Source of the DNA: an uncultured Clostridia bacterium
GTDB lineage: Bacteria; Bacillota; Clostridia; Oscillospirales; JAAYOS01
DNA: 64,000 bases
Assembly: GCA_947593925.1 (NCBI GenBank)
Contig: CANQDU010000006.1
Span: 41,938 to 105,937 of the forward strand
Direction of reading: 5' to 3'
Part shown: positions 54,301-62,354 of the stretch, piece by piece
Position numbering within the stretch: position 1 is the stretch's first letter
Layout of the letters: every line of letters begins with the position of its first letter
The notes under the pieces: model-generated
What the model was told of the DNA's origin: nothing
Database searches by the model: none
The model's input: only the letters and a program-made list of their open reading frames with translations
Made by a program: the position numbers and the translations under genes

Positions 54301-57300
54301 GCCGACAACGGGACTTATACGGTAAAGGTCACGACACACTGCGGACACACTCTCACCTCGGAGACAGTGACTTCCGACGCAGTCGAGGCCTCCGTTACCG
54401 CCGCACAGCCTGTGATCTCCGCGCCCACGGTTACCCCGCTCACCTACGGCGACGAGCTGACCGATGACCGCCTTGCGGGCGGCTCGGCCTCCCTCAACGG
54501 GGTGACTGTCGCGGGAACCTTCACTTGGGTGGAGCGGAGCTACTATCCCGCCGCCACCCCGGGGACGAATTACGGCGTGATCTTCACGCCGGACGACGAG
54601 GATAACTACTTGCCGGTGATGTTTGATGTGACCGTCACGGTGAACAAAAAGACGCTGACGCCCTCGGTGGAGGCAAGCCTCGTGCCCGGCGGAGTGTACA
54701 ACGGGACAAAGTACAGCCACCCGAGCGCGGACGGGGAGATCGTCCTCGCCGGCGCGGTACGCGGCGAAGCTCCCACCGCCCACGGTCAGGTGGAGTTTGC
54801 GACAAAGGACGCGGGGGAGAACAAGCCCGTCAACGTCACCGGCATAGCGCTGGACGATCACTGGGGCGACAACTATGAGCTCACCGCCACCGAGCTGACG
54901 GAGGCCCCCTCCAACGCCGACGTTACGCCGCAGGAGCTGACCTTCGTCTGGCACTTCTCCAACGCCGGAGACGGAGCCACAGACGCGACCGCCGGATGGA
55001 ACGACATCTATTACACCGGCAAGAGCGTCACCGTCACCGCCGAGGCCACGAATCTGGTGGCGGGCGACGAGTGCGCCCTCACCGTGGGCGAGAACGGCAC
55101 GCGGACGAACGCCGGGACGTACACGGCGAAGGTCACGGAAATCAGCAACCCCAACTACCAGCTTCCGACAGACGTCACAAAGGACTACACCATTCAGAAA
55201 GCGCCGGTGAGCTTTGAGGTCACGGATACCGAGTACACCTACGACGGCGCGGCGTACACCGCCACGGTCACGCAGAACACGACGTTGACCCATACGCTGA
55301 CCGCGACGGCCTCCGGCGGCGCGGTCTTCACCGTCACCTATGACGGCGCGGCAAATCAGACCAACGCCGGGACTTATGACATCGTCGTGACCCTCAACGA
55401 CTCTGCAAACTTTGTGTTCACGGACGGCGGGAGCAGCAAAAATGCGGGCACTCTCACCATCAACCGGGCGCCCGTGACCTTCGCTGTCGGCCCGGAGGTC
55501 AAGCCCGTCCATGACTGGGAAACAGAGCCCAATGATGATCCCAACCCCGACGGCTATGTCATTTCCGAAGACGCCGACCCTGCCGTTTGGAACGATTTTG
55601 CCCTGACCATGACCTATGACAGTCTGGAACACCGGGCAAGTGTCCGGCAGGACAACGGCGTTGCGATGGGTGACATGTTTTCCGTGAGCTATAAGCGGGT
55701 GAAGGACGCCGCCGGGAACGAGGTCACCGAGGACGCCGGCGAGACCTTCCGAGCCGCCGGAACCTATGAGATTTGGGTGACCCTGACGGATGACCCCGAA
55801 AACTTCATGTTTGTGGGGGAGCAGCCGGACACGCGGACGCTGTGCATCGGCGCCGTCACCGTAGAGCCTTGCGAAGTGCGTGTCACATGGCAGAACCTGA
55901 CCTTCGTCTACCACGGCCACAAGATGCACCCCACCGTGCGGGTGGAGAACGCCTTCCTTGCCGACGAGCAGCCCGACGAGAAGGAGAAGCAGGGATTCCT
56001 GAAGAATCCCGAGACATTCCATGAGGACCTGATGGCCTTTGCGGTCACCGACTCCGCCGACGCGGGCGATTACACCGTGACGGTGACACTCTACGGCAGC
56101 GAGGCCGGGAACTACACCGTCTCCGACCCCACCGCGGACGTGGTCATTCAGCCCGCGCCGGTGGTCTTCAAGGTTACAAACAACGAGTGGCTCTACCATG
56201 AGGAAGGACCTGCTCGGGACGTGACCCTCACCGCCGCGTGGGGCGAGGTAACAAACTCCCCGGACACCGTGCTGGGCGACCGCTATCCCGGCGCGGGGAC
56301 AAGCATCACCCTGAATGACTTGGGTGTGACCGCCGATGACATCGAATACCGCTTGGAGGACGGGACCGTGGTTGACGACCCGACCGAGACCGGAACCTAT
56401 CAAGTGTGGGTGCAGATTCCCAACGCCAACTTCCGTCACGCCGGCTCCTTCGGCGGCGGCTTCCATAACGTCGGCGTTCTGCGCATCGCCGAAAACGACC
56501 ACCCGGCGACCTATACCGTCACCTTTGACCCCGGCCGGGACGAGCAGGGAAACCGGTTCGCGGGCGTCACGGCGCCCGAGCCCATGGAGGGTCTCATCCC
56601 CACGCAGGAGATCACTCTGCCCGCGGCTCCGGAAAATGCACCGAACGAATACGTCTTTGCCGGTTGGAGCCGGGGCGGGGCATTGTATCAGCCGGGCGAG
56701 GAGTTCTACATGCCCTATTCCGACGTGACCTTTGAGGCCAAGTGGACAAAAGCGGTCTTCAGCATCTCCGGCGTGGTGATAGACAAGGCCGAAGATGCTC
56801 TGCCCTACGTCAGCGTGGCGCTTATGATGGGCGAGCATCAGATAGACCTGACCACCACGGACGAGGACGGATTTTTCAGCTTCAGCGGGCTCCTCCCCAA
56901 CACCTATAATCTGGTGTTTACATGGAACGGAGTAGTCAAGACCTACATGGTGGAGATCACCGACGAGAGCGTGGAGAACGGGAAGTATACCCTCCCGGGC
57001 TACCGGCTGAATACGGTGGTCGAAGTGGCGCCGGGTTCCGGCTCGGTGGTGGTCGATCTTGACCCCATCATCACGGACAACGATGCTGCCGAGCTCTACG
57101 ACAACGATGAGAGGAAACTGGTAGAGCAGGACGGCGGCACGGTAGAGTTCAAGATGAAGATAGAGAACTCCGGCGCGGACGCGGGCATGGCGGAAAAGCT
57201 CGAAGAAGTTCCGGTATCCGCAAATAACATCGGCATGGTGCTGGACATGACCCTCACCAAAACGGTGACGGGTGTGACGCCGGAACCGGAAGTCACGCCC

Positions 57301-58359
57301 ATCAATGACTCCATGGTGCTCATCGCAAACCTCATCTATCTGCCCGCGGAGCTTCAGGGCAAGGACGGCTACACCGTCTACCGCTTCCACGACACGGACG
57401 GAGACGGGACAGATGAAGTGCAGACTATCACCACCGCCGCAAACGAGTATGGCGAGCACATCGAGGTGGTGAAGGACGGCACGGCCATCATGGTCTACGC
57501 CAGATACTACTCCACCTATGTGCTGACCTGGTACCAGAATCCCCAAATGCGCGGTGCGATCGTCGTCCCCGCAACGCCTCACGGCACCGTCACACCCGAC
57601 GTTCAGAGCGCCGTTCCCGGCTACGAAGTCTCCCTGACCGTCAAGCCGAACGAGGGCTGCATGCTCGACAGTCTCACCGTCACCGACAGCAAGGGGCAGG
57701 AGGTGCCGCTCACCGACAACGGAGACGGGACCTACAGCTTCGTTATGCCGAACAGCAATGTGGTGACGGTACACGCCGCGTTCCACGAATGTCCGTCCCT
57801 CCGCTTCCCGGATCTGGACGTGACGAGGTGGTACCACAGGTTTACGGACTATGTCATTGCCCGCGCCGTTATGAACGGATATGACACCGGGCTCTTCGTC
57901 CCCGAGGGGAACGTGACGCGCGCCGAGATGGTGACGGTGCTTTGGAACATGGCGGACAACGCCGAGTCCGACGCGGAGATCCGGTACACCGACGTAATGG
58001 GAGGCGCGTGGTACGGAGAGGCGATCCGGTGGGCCGCGGAAGCGGGCGTTGCGAACGGGTACGGGGACGGCACGTTCCGTCCCGACCGGGCGATCACCCG
58101 TGAGGAGATGGCGGCCATGCTGTACCGCTATGAGAAGAACGTCACGAAGATCGCCGTTGAGGACGACCCGAGCGGCGAGCTCGACTTCCCGGACAAAGAG
58201 ACGACACATAACTGGGCTCTGGATGCAATGAGCTGGTGCGCCGAAAACGGGCTCTTCGAGGGCGACGACGCGGGGCTTCTCAGACCCGGAGACGTGGCCG
58301 AGCGCGCGGAGCTTGCAAAGATCCTCACCGCCTATATGGGGCTCGGAGAGAAAAGCTGA
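48391..58359 (+). CDS. Giant (3322-aa) SLH-anchored surface protein / putative adhesin
   Basis: It has a signal peptide (MKKRVISLLLVICLLAGLLPTAALA). Listeria-Bacteroides-type repeats are present (GYAFTEW, GHTFVEW, YVFAGW). There is a Calx-beta-like segment (TVYFRTVNGSAVGGTHFTHQAGTLTFGQGETKQTITV) and many Ig-like/MBG-like repeats (YTYDGAAYTATV, VYNGTKY). A CarboxypepD_reg-like segment is present (GVVIDKAEDALPYVSVAL...TTDEDGFFSFSGL). Three C-terminal SLH repeats follow. Confidence 0.9.
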   Translation: MKKRVISLLLVICLLAGLLPTAALAADSGEKITVVGFEEPDGSVAEQTVPAGRNQDALIRDGLLYLPASLTAQILVPEEPQVEPGFGFDGPEIFDESAGSGDGGSTSATPDAAPEMVIKTVEIPVAWPKVIDGVTAGVFILEPILPEEYVPGEGVDVPAVTVTVEDMELDTDTETGKLLREFLDTWFSGVTLDGIPAAVLAMDEDALLGMIADYEQILAAAEEAGAGAAVMDALRAGIDGALAALPIEGPVWLHELPMMDTIMAGAVDLKYLDGDGTAFIYHSFEETKSFSPGQAYAFLNNQFDGDDAVSALGSGAILKATDEINNSVLFMHSKYPNAKVEVYVDVIQKGRDFDNCQHGGLYKVPGTSPAEYRYFCWAGGAQDCGAYYAYTYQTSEIEARDVRAQLKDVTKQGSNSSADYTVILTYDTGKTVTLDPGGYTVSADASTGVVTFKITDNDGKTINARFQGPAAIRYSDGGKSGVTGLPGTQYALPGSVTLAAAPTCAGYAFTEWRDQNGKAYANGATISDFKTSMTLTAQWRDTKAPDFTYEQVEVKLGATKEEVADKVRSALTVTDNEPAEECTVVVTVADGATNIAGERQVTVTVKDKAGNKTERQVNVTVTASALALTTPVFDKAAKTLTAQLASPGEDKITETGLVWGIMTAPTTALNNGKYNTTPAVTTAGGEIKTPPDITEGVTYYARAYAIAGGVTYYSEQVSFGIGAANYGTFNISSSGNTFTVTRTDGSDGTQTVYFRTVNGSAVGGTHFTHQAGTLTFGQGETKQTITVNENGVAAQYGDKPATAYSNTDRTYSVEIYRVTGGGTLGNTTRASRIMSKDSNHTVSRTVYTTEQSKVDVVQTSGTNGKYIGDSTRSQGATDKNVRFLTNRNNTQNYHTNSSLSTYYSGNTGTYLQATGSGWYYRYDLYAYEIEDGYEHAYIGNQPLDDSFHDTPSKGDAVSGLAGQLWACTFEQSTKGSERYYSFPDSRTGGAENSGYPLKANGQCYAYAGSGTSHNYVKLGIKDTCYLYFSADGQKEDEWYVDGLTSYAIVYDEREPQLIAIAPMPASTYKAGDQFVVSLIFDEIVDTTNTGNTNLNSIKVHTNWGDAEYTGGADTNVLYFTGTVKAGASGNLSITGVDNINLVKDMCNTNGTASSASSGMNTSSKVDGNQPNISVASNGVKDGVGKATVKVNDNKAYTTSMRYVWSNSATMPATGWVDATATELTAAKNGGLTLSTRQEPGSGNNGKWYLHVLASYETTGASAYQYAEVNFGTPEHPTNPTPPALSLAASADNTNWVTSRDITVTAANGDTLDYHREGDSGWKTMTSANGGIVTVAENGAYTFRLRRGDDMETKTVEVEHIDTKAPAASVGALSGEGSVATPREGVYTQIALPVTFSDAESGVAMVEYAWTNSTDSPGSWQTLEEIADGSATLTYTATENTETAKYLHIRVTDNVGRIYAAVSPVSYTVIAQSALDGNAPKIALSDVPAKWINDSVTLTWTVTNETGRRFKVTLPDDSVLEDVTSGTVQVTENCSVTVKVEDLDYGGISTATAVVDCIDVTPPTVNVPAISDAWTNGAPTVTFTADDTQSDVGKAYYKIVSDNTATPTDLTEFGGADYTVTLDETSTPTSGEYYVYYKFCDKSPSDWEESGRETNHTDGFAGPFKIDRDAPTVTVGTIEEGWYSAAPTISLTPSDVPAGVTSFEYAVTTTNSAPAPTALTPLDTTGGSVTVGETENGTFYIYYKAVDNAGNETTGWSDAIKVDKRDPTLTVSGGMTGDPTKTEQTLTVTSSFGVSLGTVTVKKPDGSTETVSGNTYTVTEAGTYEFTATSSSGLTATATVVIYAVSFDGNGAGSPATQLVASGGTASTPTAPTLAGHTFVEWDAVGGAKYGFTESVTADVKLTAKWTLDVPTVTLTADYATAVYNNGDPVITLTAAPSHAATDTVTYTYEWFKDGTAIAGASDSTYALRSTADNGTYTVKVTTHCGHTLTSETVTSDAVEASVTAAQPVISAPTVTPLTYGDELTDDRLAGGSASLNGVTVAGTFTWVERSYYPAATPGTNYGVIFTPDDEDNYLPVMFDVTVTVNKKTLTPSVEASLVPGGVYNGTKYSHPSADGEIVLAGAVRGEAPTAHGQVEFATKDAGENKPVNVTGIALDDHWGDNYELTATELTEAPSNADVTPQELTFVWHFSNAGDGATDATAGWNDIYYTGKSVTVTAEATNLVAGDECALTVGENGTRTNAGTYTAKVTEISNPNYQLPTDVTKDYTIQKAPVSFEVTDTEYTYDGAAYTATVTQNTTLTHTLTATASGGAVFTVTYDGAANQTNAGTYDIVVTLNDSANFVFTDGGSSKNAGTLTINRAPVTFAVGPEVKPVHDWETEPNDDPNPDGYVISEDADPAVWNDFALTMTYDSLEHRASVRQDNGVAMGDMFSVSYKRVKDAAGNEVTEDAGETFRAAGTYEIWVTLTDDPENFMFVGEQPDTRTLCIGAVTVEPCEVRVTWQNLTFVYHGHKMHPTVRVENAFLADEQPDEKEKQGFLKNPETFHEDLMAFAVTDSADAGDYTVTVTLYGSEAGNYTVSDPTADVVIQPAPVVFKVTNNEWLYHEEGPARDVTLTAAWGEVTNSPDTVLGDRYPGAGTSITLNDLGVTADDIEYRLEDGTVVDDPTETGTYQVWVQIPNANFRHAGSFGGGFHNVGVLRIAENDHPATYTVTFDPGRDEQGNRFAGVTAPEPMEGLIPTQEITLPAAPENAPNEYVFAGWSRGGALYQPGEEFYMPYSDVTFEAKWTKAVFSISGVVIDKAEDALPYVSVALMMGEHQIDLTTTDEDGFFSFSGLLPNTYNLVFTWNGVVKTYMVEITDESVENGKYTLPGYRLNTVVEVAPGSGSVVVDLDPIITDNDAAELYDNDERKLVEQDGGTVEFKMKIENSGADAGMAEKLEEVPVSANNIGMVLDMTLTKTVTGVTPEPEVTPINDSMVLIANLIYLPAELQGKDGYTVYRFHDTDGDGTDEVQTITTAANEYGEHIEVVKDGTAIMVYARYYSTYVLTWYQNPQMRGAIVVPATPHGTVTPDVQSAVPGYEVSLTVKPNEGCMLDSLTVTDSKGQEVPLTDNGDGTYSFVMPNSNVVTVHAAFHECPSLRFPDLDVTRWYHRFTDYVIARAVMNGYDTGLFVPEGNVTRAEMVTVLWNMADNAESDAEIRYTDVMGGAWYGEAIRWAAEAGVANGYGDGTFRPDRAITREEMAAMLYRYEKNVTKIAVEDDPSGELDFPDKETTHNWALDAMSWCAENGLFEGDDAGLLRPGDVAERAELAKILTAYMGLGEKS

Positions 58360-58380
58360 ACAAAGCAAAACCAAAGCAGA

Positions 58381-58422
58381 AAAAACCGTGGCGGCAAGTC
58401 GCAGACTTGCCGCCACGGTTTT
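58381..58422. terminator. Strong bidirectional intrinsic terminator
   Basis: A 16-bp stem (ACCGTGGCGGCAAGTC / GACTTGCCGCCACGGT) with a 3-nt loop. It is flanked by AAAAA on the 5' side and TTTT on the 3' side. It sits between convergent genes. Confidence 0.85.
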
Positions 58423-58440
58423 GCAGTCCTGTCGCGAGCC

Positions 58441-58920
58441 CTACCGCTGATTTTCTTCCGCGAGGGCTCGCTTTATCCGCTCTATCTTTTCGCTGTCGTT
58501 CTTGTGCTTGGTGTTTTTCCTGTAACCGTCCTTAGAGGAGGCCGTGTAGACTTTCAGGTAGTCCTCCAGACCGAGCAGAAGGTAGCGCGCTCCCGCTTCC
58601 TCCACGGCGGGTATCCCTGCGAGGTCTACTCCCGCGAAGGGCGCGAGACTCTCGAGCGCGGCAAACGCCGCGCTGAAGCCGTCCCGCTCGAACTCGTGCT
58701 CGTCCGCGTCGCAGAGGGCGTAACCGTCCTCCTCCATGACGGCGGCGAGGTCAGACCAGCGTTCCGAAAGAAAGACTTCGGGGACGAGTATGTCGATGTC
58801 GTCCGCAGACAGGTCGGCGTGAAGCCGCTGCTCCAGCCCGAGCGAGCCGAAGAGCAGCGGCACGACCCCGAGACGGTCGTTCAGCCGTGCGGCTATCCTC
58901 AGAAATTCCGCCTTTTTCAT
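58441..58920 (-). CDS. Small nucleotidyltransferase-fold protein (GS...DxD motif)
   Basis: I chose the start at ATG 58920 (MKKAEFLRIAARL) after GGAGAAAA. The NTase signature is FGSLGLE...DDIDILV. Length is 159 aa. Confidence 0.6.
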   Translation of the reverse strand: MKKAEFLRIAARLNDRLGVVPLLFGSLGLEQRLHADLSADDIDILVPEVFLSERWSDLAAVMEEDGYALCDADEHEFERDGFSAAFAALESLAPFAGVDLAGIPAVEEAGARYLLLGLEDYLKVYTASSKDGYRKNTKHKNDSEKIERIKRALAEENQR

Positions 58921-58963
58921 GTTTTCTCCATTTTTATTTGTGTCTCTTTGAGAATTGTTTTTG

Positions 58964-60010
58964 TCAACGTGCGCCCGCCGAAAACTCCGCGAGCGACTTT
59001 TCGAGCGCCGCGACCTGCTCCTCGGTCGTCGCCCAGCTCGTAGCGAAGCGGACGGCTTCGAGTCCGTCCCGCTCGCCCCAGTGCTCGAACGCAAACTCGC
59101 GCTCGAGATGCGCGCGGAGCGCCGGCGTTATCAGCGGGAACTGCTGATTCGTCGGCGACTCGGCGTAGAACGGGCAGCCAACCTTCAGGAATGCGTCCCG
59201 CACGCGCATCGCGAGCGCGACCGCGTGCTTTGAAATCTCGAAGTACAGCCCGTCCTCGAAAAGCGTCTCGAACTGTATGCCGAGCAGACGTCCCTTCGCG
59301 AGCATCGCGCCGCGCTGCTTCATTATGTAGCGGAAGTCGCGCCCGAGGCTCTCGTTCGAGATGACGAGCGCCTCTCCGAAGAGCGCGCCGACCTTCGTGC
59401 CGCCGATGTAGAACGCATCGCACGCCTCCGCGAGGTCGCGGAGCGTGAAGTCGCACGCGGCGGACGCCATGGCGTAGCCGAGGCGCGCGCCGTCAACGTA
59501 GAGCGGCGCGCCGTAGCGGTGCGCCGTGTCGCGGAGCGCGCGGAGCTCGCCGATGGAGTACACCGTGCCGGTCTCGGTGGGCTCGGAGATGTATATCATC
59601 GCGGGCTTGACGATATGCTCGTGCGTAGCGTCGCTGAAATGCGCCTCAAAGGCCGCCTCCGCCTGTGCCGCCGTTATCTTGCCGTTCGTCGGGGGAAGGG
59701 TGATGACCTTGTGCCCCGTCGCCTCCACCGCGCCGGATTCGTGGACGTTGATGTGTCCCGTCTCGGGACTGAGAACGCCCTCGTGCGGGCGGAGCGCCGC
59801 CGCGATGAGGGTGAAGTTCGTCTGCGTGCCGCCGACGAGGAAGTGTATCCTGTCGGCGGGGACACCGGTGAGCTCCGAGATGTATCCCCGCGCGGCGGCG
59901 GAGTGCGCGTCCGTGCCGTAGCCTGGGTTCTGCTCGAGATTTGTCGCGGCGAGCCGCTCGATTATGCGCGGATGCGTGCCTTCGTTGTAGTCACAGGTAA
60001 AGAGTATCAT
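58964..60010 (-). CDS. PLP-dependent threonine aldolase / beta-eliminating lyase family enzyme
   Basis: I chose the start at ATG 60010 (MILFTCDYNEGTHPRI) after GGGAGG. Supporting motifs are GGTQTN, HINVHESGAVEATGHKVITLP and the PLP-lysine region YIGGTKVGALFGEAL. Confidence 0.7.
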   Translation of the reverse strand: MILFTCDYNEGTHPRIIERLAATNLEQNPGYGTDAHSAAARGYISELTGVPADRIHFLVGGTQTNFTLIAAALRPHEGVLSPETGHINVHESGAVEATGHKVITLPPTNGKITAAQAEAAFEAHFSDATHEHIVKPAMIYISEPTETGTVYSIGELRALRDTAHRYGAPLYVDGARLGYAMASAACDFTLRDLAEACDAFYIGGTKVGALFGEALVISNESLGRDFRYIMKQRGAMLAKGRLLGIQFETLFEDGLYFEISKHAVALAMRVRDAFLKVGCPFYAESPTNQQFPLITPALRAHLEREFAFEHWGERDGLEAVRFATSWATTEEQVAALEKSLAEFSAGAR

Positions 60011-60039
60011 GCTTCGGCCTCCCGTAAGGATATATGTCA

Positions 60040-60068
60040 ATTATACAGCATACGTCCCGCGAGCGCAA
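60040..60068 (-). promoter_or_regulatory. Candidate promoter TTGCGC-17-TATAAT for the aldolase-like gene
   Basis: On the minus strand, TTGCGC is at 60063-60068, followed by a 17-nt spacer and TATAAT (60040-60045). The leader to ATG 60010 is ~23 nt. Confidence 0.45.
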
Positions 60069-60078
60069 GGAAGGGCAC

Positions 60079-60106
60079 TTTACTTTTTTCCGTACGGTGA
60101 TATAAT
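60079..60106 (+). promoter_or_regulatory. Candidate promoter TTTACT-16-TATAAT with TG extension for rhaD
   Basis: TTTACT (60079-60084) and TGaTATAAT (60098-60106). It lies 76 nt upstream of ATG 60182. Confidence 0.45.
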
Positions 60107-60181
60107 ATTGACATAAGGAAAATTTCCCCGCCGGGTGCGGGACATATCTGCGGCGGAGCCGCGGGAGAATGAGGAGGAGCT

Positions 60182-61000
60182 ATGAAGGTACTGGATTCCG
60201 AATTTGCAAAGGGCTTTCTCGGCATGGCCGAGAACTGCTGGAAGATGGGCTGGCACGAGCGCAACGGCGGCAACATGAGCTACCGTCTGCGCCCGGAGGA
60301 GGCCGAGTCGGTGCGGGAGGACTTCTACGCCGAGCCGAAGCCGTGGACGCCGATAGATGCGTCCATTCCGTCGCTTGCGGGCGACTTCTTTATGGTGACC
60401 GGCTCGGGCAAGTTTTTCCAGAACACCCTCCGCGAGCCGGAGGACGCCACGGCGATAGTCGAGCTTGACGACAAGGGCGAGAACTACCGCATAGTCTGGG
60501 GACTCGTGAACGGAGGACGTCCCACGAGCGAGCTGCCGAGCCATCTTCTCAACCACGCCGTCAAGATCGAGGCGACCGGCGGGAAGAACCGTGTTATCTA
60601 TCACTGCCATCCCGCAAACGTGATAGCGCTCAGCTACGTCCTGCCGCTCGAGGATGCGGTGTGGAGCCGCGAGCTGTGGGACACGATGACCGAGTGCCCG
60701 ATAATCTTCCCGGCGGGCGTCGGCGTGCTCGAGTGGGAGGTTCCCGGCGGACGCGCCATCGGCCTCAAGAGCTGCGAGAAGATGAAGACCTACGACGTCA
60801 TTATATGGGCGCACCACGGGATGTTCTGCGCGGGCGAGAGCTTCGACATGGCGTTCGGCCTCGCGCACACCGTCGATAAGGCGGCGGATATCCTAGTGAA
60901 GATAATCTCCATGGGCGGACGCAAGCGCTCGATAAGCTCGGACGACTTCCGCAGGCTTGCAAAGGATTTCAACGTAGATCTGAACGAGAAGTTCCTTTGA
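60182..61000 (+). CDS. rhaD: Rhamnulose-1-phosphate aldolase
   Basis: 272 aa. GWHERNGGNMSYRL, VTGSGKFF, PTSELPSHLL, VIYHCHPANVIAL and WAHHGMF match E. coli RhaD as I recall it. Confidence 0.9.
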   Translation: MKVLDSEFAKGFLGMAENCWKMGWHERNGGNMSYRLRPEEAESVREDFYAEPKPWTPIDASIPSLAGDFFMVTGSGKFFQNTLREPEDATAIVELDDKGENYRIVWGLVNGGRPTSELPSHLLNHAVKIEATGGKNRVIYHCHPANVIALSYVLPLEDAVWSRELWDTMTECPIIFPAGVGVLEWEVPGGRAIGLKSCEKMKTYDVIIWAHHGMFCAGESFDMAFGLAHTVDKAADILVKIISMGGRKRSISSDDFRRLAKDFNVDLNEKFL

Positions 61001-61027
61001 TACGGGGAGCGTAACAAGATAAAACGA

Positions 61028-61053
61028 AGGGGCGGCGCAGATGCGCCGCCCCT
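61028..61053 (+). terminator. GC-rich hairpin after rhaD (terminator candidate, no clear T-run)
   Basis: An 11-bp stem (AGGGGCGGCGC / GCGCCGCCCCT) with a 4-nt loop, 28 nt after the stop codon. Confidence 0.45.
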
Positions 61054-61162
61054 GTCAATATCTGCGGTACGGGAAAGCGTTTCGGATGTATTTGAAAAAA
61101 CTTAGTATCCGATGTAGTATTAGCTTCGGAAAGCGTAGTATATAGTCGAAGTCGGAAAGGAG

Positions 61163-61732
61163 GTGCCGCGAGTGGTCGAGGATGAAGCTATCATCGAATT
61201 GTTTTTCTCACGCTCGGAACAGGCGATACGGGAGGTGGACGTCAAATACGGAAAGACGTTCCACAGCCTCTCATATAACATCGTGGGCAGCAGGCAGGAC
61301 GCGGAGGAGTGCGTGAACGACGCCTATCTCGCCGCGTGGAACACGATCCCGCCGGAGCGCCCGAACCCTCTGCTCGCGTACCTGTGTAAAATTGTCCGCA
61401 ATATTTCGCTGAAGCTCTACTACAAGAATACGGCGGCGAAGCGGAACAGCCGCTATACGGTCGCCATGGAGGAGATAGAGGCCTGCATGGCGGACCCGAA
61501 CACGGTGGAGAGCGAGGTGGAAGCGAAGGAGCTCGCGCGCATGATAGAAAGCTTTCTTGACACGCTCTCTGCCGAGAACCGCGTCATCTTCATGCGCCGC
61601 TACTGGTTTGCCGACAGTCACGGGGATATAGCCGAGCTTGTGGGTCTTTCGGAGAAGAACGTCTCCGTCCGGCTGACGCGCATCCGCGAGAAGCTGAAAC
61701 GGTATTTAAGGGAAAGAGAGGTGCTCGTATGA
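61163..61732 (+). CDS. Sigma-70 family (ECF-like) RNA polymerase sigma factor
   Basis: 189 aa. It has a region 2 (DAEECVNDAYLAAWN) and a region-4 HTH (IAELVGLSEKNVSVRLTRIREKL). The start is GTG at 61163, or more likely GTG at 61172 given the AAAGGAGG spacing. Confidence 0.75.
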   Translation: MPRVVEDEAIIELFFSRSEQAIREVDVKYGKTFHSLSYNIVGSRQDAEECVNDAYLAAWNTIPPERPNPLLAYLCKIVRNISLKLYYKNTAAKRNSRYTVAMEEIEACMADPNTVESEVEAKELARMIESFLDTLSAENRVIFMRRYWFADSHGDIAELVGLSEKNVSVRLTRIREKLKRYLREREVLV

Positions 61733-62283
61733 ACGGAAGGATGTTTTCCGACGCCATGAGCGAGCTTGATATGAAATATGTCGCCGAGGCCGTTTCTTAC
61801 GACAGATCCCGTATGTCGAGAATGAGACATCTGAAGCCGGTCGTCCTTATCGCCGCCGTCCTCGCCGTTTTGGCGCTTTGCGGCTTTGCGGCGTATGAGA
61901 TGGGACTGTTTGACCCGTGGTTCCGGGCGCCGTCCGCCGACCCGATCCGAACCGTTCAAAGCGCTATCGAAGGACAGGCCGGGAAGGAGTACACGCTTAC
62001 CGTGCGCGTGGACGAGGTAAAAGTTGACGAAAGCGAGACGGAGCGCGTGGTTAAGATGTACACGGGAAGCGACCTCGCACGGTCAAGAGGGTGGACGGAC
62101 GAGTACCTTGCGGAGCACTTTGTCGTGGTTTGGGCGAAATACTATGTGGAGTACGACCACACAGAAACCTTCAGGAAGGACGGCCATGTGGAGCAGTATT
62201 TCTACCTGACGGAAGACACGGAAACCGGAAAATGGGAGATCGCCGACAGCACTTCGCCGAGGACGAGCGCCCCGGAGGGGTAA
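61729..62283 (+). CDS. Single-pass membrane protein, putative anti-sigma factor (context only)
   Basis: 184 aa. The ATG overlaps the sigma gene stop (ATGA). It has one TM (VVLIAAVLAVLALCGFAAY) and a small ectodomain. Confidence 0.5.
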   Translation: MNGRMFSDAMSELDMKYVAEAVSYDRSRMSRMRHLKPVVLIAAVLAVLALCGFAAYEMGLFDPWFRAPSADPIRTVQSAIEGQAGKEYTLTVRVDEVKVDESETERVVKMYTGSDLARSRGWTDEYLAEHFVVVWAKYYVEYDHTETFRKDGHVEQYFYLTEDTETGKWEIADSTSPRTSAPEG

Positions 62284-62308
62284 TAACAGATTTTCACGGT
62301 GGACTAAT

Positions 62309-62337
62309 AAGGCGGGCAGACAAAGTCTGCCCGCCTT
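62309..62337. terminator. Bidirectional hairpin terminator between convergent genes
   Basis: A 13-bp stem (AAGGCGGGCAGAC / GTCTGCCCGCCTT) with a 3-nt loop. Confidence 0.6.
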
Positions 62338-62354
62338 GATTTGCCGCGAAACGC

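Noticed and set aside
41833-58359. Diversity-generating retroelement (DGR) targeting the large surface proteins
   Set aside because: There is no reverse transcriptase gene and no template/variable repeat pair with adenine-specific differences in the window. The internal repeats are ordinary in-frame tandem repeats.
54295-58416. 1373-aa minus-strand ORF, plus similar long antisense ORFs (39581..41347, 43084..44769, 45973..47175, 52087..53355)
   Set aside because: All lie entirely antisense to the SLH protein genes. They have low-complexity Arg/Gly/His/Val composition and no signal, motif or RBS. They are typical open shadow frames in GC-rich DNA.
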